A stretch of 59,173 nucleotides of DNA, the filler included, from Circinaria calcarea (lineage: Eukaryota): assembly GCA_051942165.1 (NCBI GenBank). It is 11 parts of 11 records of this genome, joined end to end, with 100 filler letters (N's around TTAATTAATTAA, not from the genome) between each part and the next. Parts side by side here need not be neighbours in the genome. Positions count along the whole stretch, not along the records: positions 1 to 5,298 come from JAVECS010001956.1; positions 5,399 to 10,695 come from JAVECS010001957.1; 9 more parts are not named here. One strand, given 5' to 3'. A program made the position numbers and the translations under genes. The notes under the pieces were generated by a model, which was not told the origin of the DNA, searched no databases, and worked only from the letters and a program-made list of their open reading frames with translations. Below, in pieces: positions 1 to 10,064 of this stretch (the first letter of the stretch is position 1; every line of letters starts with the position of its first letter).

Positions 1-2
1 GG

Positions 3-480
3 GTGGAAGAGGAAGGGGGGGACGCTGGCTTGAGCGCAGAGACTCCCTCCGAATTGTATTTGCAATACAATACAATTCGGGGTTATGTCTCTGCGACTCT
101 GGAGCTATACAATCGCCAGGTTTCGACCAGGGTGAATTGCGCTCCTTGCCCGACTGGAGTTGCCTTAAAGGTCTCGCGCAGCGAGTTTCGTCGCCGTAGG
201 TCTGAGTACGTGAACCGCGGCGTCGACAACATGAAAGACGGGTATACTGCTGCGCAGGTACCCGACGTCGCTGCCGCTGCCTTCGGCTGGAAAAAGGAGA
301 AGTCGGTCGAGGCCGCGTTGCGCACCTGGGTCGACTTCTTGCTGGGGCATTCGATGCTGATGCGATTGGGCAACCGGCTTATGCTGGAGTTGCCCGATCT
401 GTTTATGACGCCCTTGCCTCGCGAAGGTCCACCCAGCAGTAGCTGCGAAGCCTGGTGCCTCGTTGCTCAAATGGATCACG
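3..480 (+). mobile_element. Truncated Crypton-like (CryptonF / Ndc10-domain-II type) tyrosine-recombinase transposon fragment
   Basis: The translation YNTIRGYVSA...RRRRSEYVNRG..DGY...DFLLGHSMLMRLGNRLMLELPDLF..PLPREGP...CLVAQMDH follows the motif order of fungal Crypton/Ndc10-II proteins. It stops just before the expected GKTN motif. The 5' end is cut by the contig edge. Confidence 0.75.
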
Positions 481-959
481 AAAACGGTTCATCAAATGTA
501 GTGTCAACAGATTTACAAACCTTGTGGCAGCCATCTCCGGAGACCGTCGGAAGCCCAACTATTGCACAGGAAGTAGAAGAAAGCATGGAGTCATCGACGC
601 TTCCAGGTACGACAACGCCTGTTCAGGATAAGTGAATCGACCCTACAATCTCTAAGTCCACCGAGGTCTCCCCTATCCCGACCAGCATGGTCAGCACCGA
701 TCTCCAAGCAGACGTTCATGATCCTATCGAGTCTAAAGAGTTTTGGTCCAAACTCTTCTCTAAACCTGTCGTGCCTCGTCGTGAAGGTCACCAGGAACCT
801 TGTGTCAGCATGCTTACGAAGAAAAGCGGGATGAATTGCGGTAGATCCTTTTGGATGTGTGCCCGACCCTTGGGCCCGACTGGGGCGAAGGAGAGAAATA
901 CACAGTGGAGGTGTCAGACGTTTATATGGTGTAGCGATTGGAATCCTGGGTTCACGTAG
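481..959 (+). pseudogene. APN2: APN2 (AP endonuclease 2 / DNA lyase) 3' fragment, degenerate
   Basis: The C-terminal HDPIESKEFWSKLFSKP..PRREGHQEPC..LTKKSGMNCGRSFWMCARPLGPTGAKERNTQWRCQTFIW is the APN2 GRF zinc-finger end. There is an in-frame TGA at 633-635, the first Zn-ligand Cys appears as Arg (PRREGH vs the usual PxCEGH), and no catalytic domain lies upstream. Confidence 0.85.
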
Positions 960-2088
960 ACAATCTCGTAGAAGAATCTGGAGATATTTGTGGAAGACGA
1001 AGATCTCTATGGGGCGAAAGGGGAGTTGGGCCACGGGAAGGGATATGGTGGTAAATAGTGTGCACGTTGTACATTTCCCAGCTAGCTTAGACTACGAGCG
1101 ACCAATCCAGAGGCAACATCTATTGCTGCATAGTCTCGCGCGGACCCCCAATTCCTTTGTGCATCCTCTAACCCCACGTGATCTTGGTACATCTCCCCTG
1201 AACCACTCATCCTCCAGTCAAACCTGCGCACATGGAGATAAGGAGAAAGTCTCACGCAAAGAAGAGGCTGGTAAAACTTCCCATCCCATCTTAGCGTACC
1301 TGTCTCAGAGGGTCATACAGTCCGAGGTTACGTTTCGGTGTTCATCGCGGTTCCGGATGGGAAAAAAAGGGGGAGGTTAGGGTGAAGGCCCGATCTGGCG
1401 CTAGCGTGGTGTTGGTGATTCGGATGCGGTGAGTCGTACGAGACGAGGGTTCAGCAGTGGGAGTCTAAAAAATGGCTGGGAGGACCAGCCACCTCTTTTT
1501 CTTTGTTTGGGTTCGATGCGCTAGTTGGCTCGGAGATGTGGGGAATTCGGAATTGGGAAGTTGGGAGGAATGTGTCTGTGTTTTTCTTTGTTTACATGGC
1601 TGGATCTGAGACAAGGGATATTGGATTTGAGATCTATCAGCCACGTAGACGTAAAGGCAGTATGAGACTTGACGTTCAATCAGTTGCATTTTCTATTTTG
1701 CAATCTAGATTGCCGTGTGTTCCTATCCTGACCGCCAAGGGGGTTCCTCAATAATCTGTCCATCAACTCTGTTCTATATGCGGGCGCAAAACAAGTATGT
1801 GCTTGATTAGGAAGTTGGTGCTGTATGTGACAGTGCGAATGGAATCATGTAACAATCTGTTTAGGCAATTTGTGCAGTGAAGGGGCGATAACCAAAAAAC
1901 AGCACTCAGTGATCATCCAACACCTTTCCTCCGTCCCTCAAAACCTCCAGTTCAATCTCCTCCGAGTGAAGGGCATCGTTCAATCCCTTCCATCCAATCC
2001 ACCATAAGTCAGAGCAAAAGCCGCGATTGGCCGCAAGGAAGCGGACGGCCAAATGGTATATGTCTCAATTGGTATATGCTCTTTCTGG

Positions 2089-3365
2089 CTATGGCCACGC
2101 CCCATTATTGCGAATCAGCTCCGCAGTATCGACGTAGGCAAACTGTTCATCGAACTGGGAGGTTAGATTGCTGAAGCCGAAATCGTCAGGCCCATCGAGT
2201 GTTCCATTCCAACCAGCTGCGAACTCCGCTTCAAACTGGGACTCGAGGTTGCTCGTTGTCTGCGCGAGTTCATCAAAATCAATCATTGATTCGTAGAACG
2301 CTGCATCATTGGCTGCTTCCTCGCTTCGCCCAGTGAATAGGACAGGAGAATATTGGCTAGCCTGTACCATAGCCTGCGTGGGAGGGGATGGCAAGGATGT
2401 GTTGTTGTAATCCTCTAGCATGAACAGAAGCTTCTCATCTGGAAGATTCTCATCACCTAGATAGACCACAGGATTCCCGGCATCTGTCTTCTCGAGTTCT
2501 GGAAGCTCGCCGATATAGTTCTCGTAAGTGTAGGGTGTAATTAGCTCAGAAGCAAATGTTGAGGCTTGGGAGAGTGCAGAGTCGATGCTGCTCGTTGTAG
2601 CCGTTGTTGGCGGATCGGAGACAGGTGTAACGGAGGTGGGTGTGAAAAGCGTGGTCGACATGCTGGAAAGGACAGCAGCCTTCTTCCGAGTCATACGACG
2701 CTTTCTATCAGTAGGCTTTCGCGGCTGGTAGGAGTACTCAGGATGATCGACGAAGTGCTTCTGCTTAATTTCTTCGGCCATTTCTTTCCAATGCAACTTT
2801 GTTGCTTGATCCTCGTTGCGCCATTGATTTCCCAGGATGATGGCTGTTAAAAAGTTGGCCTGAGTATTTAAAGAAGGTAAATTGAGGACTTACAGATTTG
2901 GGTGTTGAGCATCCCCGGATTCTCAGCGGCAATCAAAGGATGGTGATGCTGACGATACAGAATGAAAGCATTTGGTGGTCGAGGTACCTTAGTTTTCTTC
3001 GGAGCAGCAGCCTTAGGTACCTGTGGACCGTACAACACCGGATTACCCACAGCGCTACGAACCGCAATGATGTGGATGGCATCTAGTGAGGCATCCTCAA
3101 CCACAGTCACTGGCGACTGAATCAGATATCTAAAAAGTCAGCTTTGAAATGTAGGGAAGATTTGGAAGGTCAAATACCTGAAACGTGTGGCAATGATGTC
3201 CAATCCTTGCTGCCCAATGATGGTCTTGAAAGCCATCGGAAGCAGTACATCATTGACGGCACCAGAGCTCACCTGGCTTGACACATACTGCCAAACCTGG
3301 TCAATGACTTGAGGGACAGTGATGGTAGCACCCTGCGGTGGATCTGCAGTCATTGTGCTAGCCAT
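2089..3365 (-). CDS. MAT1-2-1: Mating-type HMG-box transcription factor MAT1-2-1 (3 exons: 3365-3178, 3129-2894, 2843-2089; about 392 aa)
   Basis: KVPRPPNAFILYRQHHHP...NTQI/SIILGNQW...KHFVDHPEYSYQPRKP is a MATA-HMG box with the conserved intron in the Ser codon. GT-AG introns of 48 and 50 nt restore one open frame. The gene is adjacent to and convergent with the APN2 3' end. Confidence 0.95.
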
Positions 3366-3593
3366 TATTACAGTTCTTGGAATCCTGACCAATGTAATGA
3401 ATTAGAGATGATTTATCTCTTTGAAGATTTGATCTGGTTGCTGTAAAAGATCGCAGCTTGCTACAAGTTCTGCAAGTTGCTTTGGGTGGTTGTAGATGCG
3501 GAGAGGTTTGTAGAAAGCAGCTCGAAGATTAAAACTCTTATCCCTAGGTACTAGACTAGCGTAGGTTTTCCGGAAAAGAGGAGGCTGGTTATT

Positions 3594-3602
3594 TTCTTTG
3601 TT
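3594..3602. promoter_or_regulatory. Candidate HMG-box (Ste11/TR-box type) site TTCTTTGTT in the divergent MAT promoter
   Basis: Exact TTCTTTGTT in the 345-bp intergenic region between the MAT1-2-1 ATG (3365) and the auxiliary gene ATG (3711). Confidence 0.4.
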
Positions 3603-3710
3603 GACACGCTAAATCGGAGTGAACGATTAGCGATTACAACACCGAGAATCCAAGAAATTTCTACGTCTTGTTCCGATAGTAAGCTCTTTAATCAGTTCCA
3701 CGGTCTGAAT

Positions 3711-4448
3711 ATGGCCACCACTCGTAAAAAATCTAAGCATTTTCGACGAACCCTTCACCCTGTATGGAAGAAGCTCCGTAAGGCAACGCGGAAATATCAC
3801 AGCCTAGAATTCGGTGAAAAAACCTACTTGGGTGAATTTTTATGCCTTACCCAGCGTGCCATCCTTCGCGCCCAGGTAGAAATCCCAATCGAAACCATCA
3901 TACAGCTCCACAGGCTATACAAACACCATCAGAAAAAAGGGAACAAGATCCTTGCTGCTATTGGTACGAATGCACATCTCGGTAACACGACAGAGGACGA
4001 CGAAGATATTATGTCTCGTTGTATAATCCGAACTTTATTAGAAGAGTGTGTATATGTTGCGGTTTACCAATTATCCATGAATTCGCTAACTATGTGGATA
4101 AGGCGTCTCAAGTCAAAGAGCCAGCTCTTAGGCATCGTCCAATGCGATCCTAATGTCACGAAGAGGTCCCAGGAGTTGTTTGAGCAGGTCTTCCAAGCAC
4201 AAGGAATGCCGAATGAGGCAGAAACGGAATTCCTGGCTACTGTTGCTCAGATCGGCGCTGGAGAGGTTGATGAGTGGTGTTAGTAGCATTCTTATTTGAC
4301 AAAAATGGCTTGCTAACCTTTTTCTTCAGTTACTGCAACGCAGGGCAGGCTGCGAGTTCTTGGTCCATCCCTCGTTACCCAGTGGGCTATGGAGAAAATA
4401 CGTCTCAGGGAAGTTGAGAGGCATAAGAAGGTTCCTACACGGCATTAA
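3711..4448 (+). CDS. Putative auxiliary MAT1-2 idiomorph gene of unknown function (positional analogue of MAT1-2-4 / MAT1-2-14-type genes)
   Basis: 190-codon ORF head-to-head with MAT1-2-1. Probable introns are 4046-4102 (GCTAAC branch, frame-preserving) and 4279-4329 (GTTAGT..GCTAAC..CAG), giving a last exon ending at TAA 4448. The N-terminus is very basic. Confidence 0.65.
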
Positions 4449-4610
4449 AGCTCGCCACGACGTTACCGAATAGCGCTGAATACCAACAAGGGGCTTACAG
4501 ACTGCACGCAAGATGGTTGTATATGAGATTTTTGTTTGCGTTTTCGAATCAGAACTTATATAAAATAAACTACCTTTTGGGGTTTTTAAAGAAGGTTAAA
4601 ACAAACGCAT

Positions 4611-4924
4611 TGTAAGGGTGCTAGGATAGGCTAGACTTGTATAAGAGATAGAGTCACTCCAGGTGCACGATTACTTGAAGCGTAGACGATCTGTTACTTC
4701 AATTGGTAATGGCTATAAGCATGCTATTCTAGAAAGTGGGAATAGCCTGCCTATATACTGGCTCCGCTCCCTATGATCCCTATGCTCCCCTGGGATCACC
4801 CGGATCACCCACGTGACGTGCTCCCGGTGTTCCCCGCCAAGTCCTGGGATCACCAGGAGCACCCGGCTCCTCGTTAACCCCTCCCGGACCGTGGTAGCAC
4901 ATGCTATGGCGTGGCGCCATAACA
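4611..4924 (-). mobile_element. Solo LTR-like element (314 bp)
   Basis: On the minus strand it reads TGTTATGGCGCCAC...GTATATAG...TAGCACCCTTACA: TG..CA termini, a TATA-like box, and several shared blocks with the element at 4999. No matching target-site duplication. Confidence 0.65.
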
Positions 4925-4998
4925 CTATGTTCTAAATTAATAATTGTGAAGAAATGCAGGCACCGGCAGCAGTAAATAGCCATAGCAATGGCCCTATG

Positions 4999-5298
4999 TG
5001 TAATGGCGCCACCAGCCATGACCAGTACTACGCGTACCAAGGGTATTCAGGAGGATGATCCGAGTGATCCCTTGTGTAACGTATGGGATCAATGGGAGCA
5101 CTGGTGATCCAAGTGATCCGGTTGATCTGGCTATGGAGCAGTGGGATCATAGGGATCACTACTATGACCCCTGTCATGAAAAGGGTATATAGTCACAGTC
5201 CTTTCCGTAGCATTTGACCTGTGTGGTCAAGACCTTACAAGTGTAGCAATATACTTCTATTGTCACTTATTACTTGCCAAGTGATTGGTATAGAACCC
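4999..5298 (+). mobile_element. LTR-like element related to 4611-4924, opposite orientation, cut by the contig end
   Basis: Begins TGTAATGGCGCCAC and shares GGGAGCAC, GGTGATCC, GGGATCATAGGGA and GTATATAG blocks with the first copy. It ends TAGAACCC, versus TAGCACCC-TTACA in the first copy. Confidence 0.6.
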
Positions 5299-5398
5299 NN
5301 NNNNNNNNNNNNNNNNNNNNNNNNNNNNNNNNNNNNNNNNNNTTAATTAATTAANNNNNNNNNNNNNNNNNNNNNNNNNNNNNNNNNNNNNNNNNNNN
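5299..5398. other. Artificial contig spacer 1 (N44-TTAATTAATTAA-N44)
   Basis: 100-bp linker with a palindromic stop-codon core, identical at all ten junctions. Confidence 0.99.
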
Positions 5399-5399
5399 A

Positions 5400-5940
5400 T
5401 ACAATCGTTTCCACAGCATCTTCTACTCTAAAAACCCCCAATTCAACCCCAACCTAAAGACAACTTCTCCACCCTCTTCCCCTTCTTTCCCTTCTTTGAA
5501 TACAGAAATCTCATCCGTCCACCCTCGAAAAAAACCCCCTCCTCTCAAGATTTCCCCAAAATCCGCAACATCCCTCTCCTCCCCTCCACCCCCATCTAGA
5601 CTCCGCTAGACTCCGCTAGAAAATCTATAGTTAGGCGGCGGTATTTCCTACTCCCTACTCCCTCCTCCCTACTCGGGTCGAGCCCGGGTCGAGCCCGGTT
5701 TGAAAGAAAAGAAAAGGGAGGAAAGAATGGAAAGGGAGGGAAAACGGGAGGGATAGGATAGGGAAGGGGAGGAAGACGGGTCTAGAAGAGGAAAAAGAGA
5801 AGAGAAGAGAAGAGAAGAGGAAAAAGGAGAGAAGAGCAAGAAATGACGGAGGAGAGGAGAGGAGGAGGGAGATGGAAGGAATAGAAGGGAAGGAATGGAG
5901 GGCAAGGAGTGGAGAGGAGAGGAGAGTGGAAAAGCCGAGC
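5400..5940. repeat. Low-complexity region: pyrimidine-rich tract, short tandem duplications (CTAGACTCCG x2, CGGGTCGAGCC x2), then purine-rich GA tract
   Basis: Read directly from the sequence. Confidence 0.8.
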
Positions 5941-6333
5941 AGATTCGAAAGCGAAAACGTACTGTCATAATGGTAAATTTCAGTCAACGAGTAGAGTATG
6001 CAAAGGTATGCCATTACTAAATGTTTCCAAAGTACTATCGGAGCGGCAAGAAAAGACGCCAAATATGTAAAAGATGTCAAAATGCCCCAAGGCTGGCTAC
6101 CATTGCTGACCGCTGAAGATTCACAAACCGGAAATTGAAGAAAAAAAGCATAGGCAAAAAGTCTAGATCCGCACTTGATGATACATTTTTCAGCAGCCCG
6201 TCTATCTCCTCTCCGAATTCCAAATCTAAACTCCGACGCACGCGCAGACCGATACCAGCTCAATCTTCATTGTCTGACCTTTTTGTTGAAAAAGACTGTG
6301 TTGTGTGGCGAATGCATGATGGAGGGAAGGCTT

Positions 6334-7062
6334 CTATCTCCTCTGGATACCGCAGGCTTCGAGGCACGAGTCGACACCGAGAGCGACATTTCTTGGGATC
6401 ATGGTGCGGAAGGCGTCAATGTCTTGGCCGTTGACGGTTCCATCACCGCCGAGGGCAGCCCGGACAATGTCAGATTGGAAGCCGAAGAAAGTCGGCGTGG
6501 TGGCCTGGACACCGGGGTCTTCGTCGGCGAAGCCAGCAACGAAGACGCTCGGTTCGCAAAGGGGGTTGAACTCGGTGTGCATTGCGCCCATGGGAAAGAC
6601 AGTCATCTGCCACTGTGTGAGTGGGTTGACGACAGTAGGCAGACCGTTCTCAAGGGTGAACTCGGCCACCAGGGCACCCTGGGCGACGATGTTGATCTCC
6701 GAGCTACGGGGATGGATGTGAGGGGTATTGAAGCCGCAGGGCCCGAGGAATCCGACAGTCATTGATACACCGCTCCCAATCAGAGCCGGGAACGAGGTGC
6801 GGTCAGCATTGACAGTTCGACCTCCTAGTCCGATGGTGTTGGTGCTGTTGCCGGTCGCCCGGAGAAAGTCGAAGATGAAATCTTCGGGCTGGAGAAGACT
6901 TAGACGCTCGACGGCTGTGGGAGCGAGAATAAGGGCCTCGATCAAAGCTGCGTCGTCCTGCCTTGGGTTGGTCCCATTGGCGCCGATTTGCCTTTTTTCA
7001 ATGGGAGAGGCGATGGCAACGGTGGCCAGAAGGGCGGTTGCGAGAACACTGAAGCTATGCAT
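6334..7062 (-). CDS. Secreted cupin, spherulin-1 / germin-like protein (242 aa, intronless)
   Basis: Signal peptide plus a KR processing site. Germin-type motifs GFNTPHIHPRSSEINIV and GAMHTEFNP. Confidence 0.9.
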   Translation of the reverse strand: MHSFSVLATALLATVAIASPIEKRQIGANGTNPRQDDAALIEALILAPTAVERLSLLQPEDFIFDFLRATGNSTNTIGLGGRTVNADRTSFPALIGSGVSMTVGFLGPCGFNTPHIHPRSSEINIVAQGALVAEFTLENGLPTVVNPLTQWQMTVFPMGAMHTEFNPLCEPSVFVAGFADEDPGVQATTPTFFGFQSDIVRAALGGDGTVNGQDIDAFRTMIPRNVALGVDSCLEACGIQRR

Positions 7063-9231
7063 TCTGATGGTTGGCGAAGAATAGACCTGCTATTGATTGA
7101 TTGATTGTAGTGATTGTGGGTGGAGAAAGATTGAAGATGGGAGATATTAGAGAGAAGAGGCGGTGATTGCTGCTTGTATTGAATGCTGGAGAGAGATGCT
7201 GATGAGATGGAGTTTGAATCAACGAAGCAGCAGACTCGTTATATACCAAAGAGATCTCGTAGATGCCCGGGATGACGAGGCTCCATGGAACTCGGAGGAT
7301 GGATGGCAATTCCAGTACTCTGTGAGATGTGACTCCGTATCCAGGTAGTTCTTGGCGAAAGGGAACTCGTCCAGCTTAGCATCATCATCATCACAGGGTC
7401 CATGGTGGTATGCTACACGCAGGAAGCGGTCAACTATCCCTCATAGGGACCGGCTTCTGCCTTGGCCACGTTTTCCGCTGGTCGGAACGTGATAGGAGGC
7501 TGAGGGCCAGGGTGACATTGGGGGGCAAAATCGGAATAAGAAAGGCTAGACGGTAAGGCTACGTACCGGTGTACCTGACCAGTCCGAGGAAGCTGAAACG
7601 TGAGGATGACGATCAGGATCCCGATCGGAGAGACGGTGAAGAAGAAGAAGAAGACGGCGGCGGCGGCGGTGTGGTACGATGGTACCTGACTCAGCTCATC
7701 TCTGCCGACAGCAACGGTGTGGATGTCACCTCCATCCCGGCCCTGTTCCCAAATAGCATAACCAAACGAATGTGACGGTATCACAACGCCAAACTATTGC
7801 TGGTTCTCCTCGGACATTACAAGGTCACAGCCAAAGTGAGTCGGTCACCAGCAGCAGAGATCGACCCCAACTGTTTCACTCTGTCAAATGGCAATGTTAC
7901 AGAAGTGAGCCCGAGTCGTAGTGACAGCACGTGGCTGACCCGTTAGCTCCTCCAGGAATAGTAAGGCCAGTCCCATTGTGGATTTCTTAGCGAAGACACT
8001 GCTCCCTCAGCCAAAAACAAGCGGAGGCCATTCTATGGTTCTGTCGTTCAGATCGGATTACGTTGACTATACGAGGAATAGCACAGACTACCGATAGAAT
8101 GCCCCACAGCTGACTAGATGCTGTGCAGTAAACTTCATACTTTCTTTGGTATGGATGACTACCGTCAGCACCGACGCTGGTTCGATAAGCACCGTGCATC
8201 TTCTCGCAGAATTAGGACTGCTCTCACTCCAAGAGGTGAGCGCCGAGTGCAGGAGAGCTTCGTTTGCAGCATCGAGACCGTCTCTCGAATTGCTCCACAT
8301 CGTGACGAATCGGCGGGGTCCCATGGGGCTGTGGCCTCTGAGATTGGCATTTCGCTTGGATTCGAACCGTATCATCCCAGATGTCCATTCGTTGATCCTT
8401 CCCGCCCTCCAACATCGGTAAACATAACGAGGTATGTGTCCAAGTAGGCGGGGTTGCAGCTCAGGGCCGCGGTGCCAAGTCTTATTGGCTGGACCCGTAT
8501 CATCATTGTTGAAAGGTCGCAACCCGCTGCTTATGGCATAACGCGAGGATGCCTTTCTATTGGCCGCAAAGGATCGACAAATCTGCTGAGTTGAAGCCAT
8601 CCCCACGAGCTCTCCTTGCATGTGCATGTTTAGGATTGATCGAATCTGGGGAATGAAGTTCAACCTCAGATCGTGCGCGTGTGTGTGGACTCGGGTGTAC
8701 AGAGATGCATACTGAGGGCATATCGATGCACTTCATGCAGACTCTGTACTGTGGACTACTCGCACGCTTAATGGATCATCTTTGTGAGGACTTGCATATC
8801 TCTTGAAAGAGATGCTCATAAAGCCTCGTCCACCCAAGAGGACGAAAATCCGAAGAGAAGAAATCTTAGGATAAGCAGCCAAAACCTGTTCAAGCCTTCG
8901 ATACGAGATCTATACTGTACGGAGAACAGATTAGATATATATCTTTCGACTTGGACTTGATACTGAGAATACCTCATACCACATTCACTCGACCGAGCAC
9001 GATACTCTGAACTCAATTGCACTTATCGGACTGTCACTCAAGAGAAGATCGAGACCAAGAGCCATAGAACGCTTCGGTCCGATACTGACCTCACGTCACA
9101 ATGCTTTGTCTCGAATGCCTTTACACGGCCCTTGGAATTGCCGAGCTTCGCCATGACGTCGTCCCGTGGAAGCTCTCTGCGTTTTGTCCCCGTCTTCTGG
9201 GACTCTACGAGTATTCGATCAACTATTCACC

Positions 9232-9745
9232 ATGCCTGTCCTCCACATATTGCATACGCTGCAAGCCTGTTGGGGCGCCTACAGTCTCTACCTCTCCTAC
9301 GTCTCGGTCACCAAGCTCCACAAATACGAAGAAAAGTCTGAAAAAGCTGCCGAATACTCAAACACTGCTGAGCATCAGCTACACAAGACAAGGACAACTC
9401 AAGCGAGCGGTGCGATAGCGGTATGGTGGACGACTCTTTTCTCCATGTACCTACTTGCTAACGTCCCAACGCTTCCAGATACTCGTATCCTTCTTGTCGT
9501 CTCTGACCCTTATACTTGTCTCCCCCTCTCTTTGGAATGAACTCGTGTTTGGTTTAGTTAATGTGGCCGCAACTCTATCCGCACGAGTTCATATAGCGAA
9601 TTTCTGGAGCAGGAAGGCCAAGGTTCCCTTTGTCAAGAACTTCAACGACGCCATCACCATAACGGCCGAAATAAGGAAGCAGCTTGCCTACCTTGCAACA
9701 AGTTGGATCGTCACAAGTCTTTTCGGACTATGGTCATTTCAGTAG
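9232..9745 (+). CDS. Small fungal membrane protein of unknown function (2 exons, intron 9421-9478, about 151 aa)
   Basis: A GTATGG..GCTAAC..CAG intron joins two ORFs in frame. Hydrophobic segments are present, with KYEEKSEKAAEYSNTAEHQLHKTRTTQASG and FWSRKAKVPFV motifs. Confidence 0.75.
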
Positions 9746-10064
9746 CTCTATCATGGAGAGGAAAAACTTAATGGAGACTAGGATCGATAGCTAATAGAAA
9801 AGAGTATGAAGGAAGGGTCAAAGATCAGTATCGAGCGGGAATGGACCGATTTCAAAGAAAACTTCAAGATTCCTCCAAGTGCAGTATTGCTGAGTGATGA
9901 ACAGATGATAACTCCTTTATCAATTCTATATTCCGCCCACCATCATTTCCCAACATCCTCGTCCGCCTTCCATCATCTCATTCCTAAATCTTCCCATCCC
10001 ACCATCAAGCTTACATCTAGAAAAAAAATTCTACCTCCGCGTTCCACGTTCCTACTCTCTACAC

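Noticed and set aside
3..635. Active recombinase mediating mating-type switching
   Set aside because: The fragment ends before most catalytic residues, and no direct repeats flanking the MAT genes were seen.
4713..5040. ORFs 4713-4925 and 4780-5040 as genes
   Set aside because: They overlap the LTR-like elements and have no protein-family features.
5343..5354. TTAATTAATTAA recurring about every 5.4 kb as a biological periodic repeat
   Set aside because: Always embedded in identical N runs, so it is an artificial contig linker.
5655..6263. Leu/Ser/Phe-rich 'membrane protein' ORFs
   Set aside because: Translations of the GA-rich low-complexity tract.
6175..6765. 196-aa plus-strand ORF and similar antisense ORFs over PUT2, VPS15 and SUN
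   Set aside because: Shadow frames opposite well-supported genes.
8088..8663. 191-aa minus-strand ORF
   Set aside because: Non-ATG start, no motif and no splice support.
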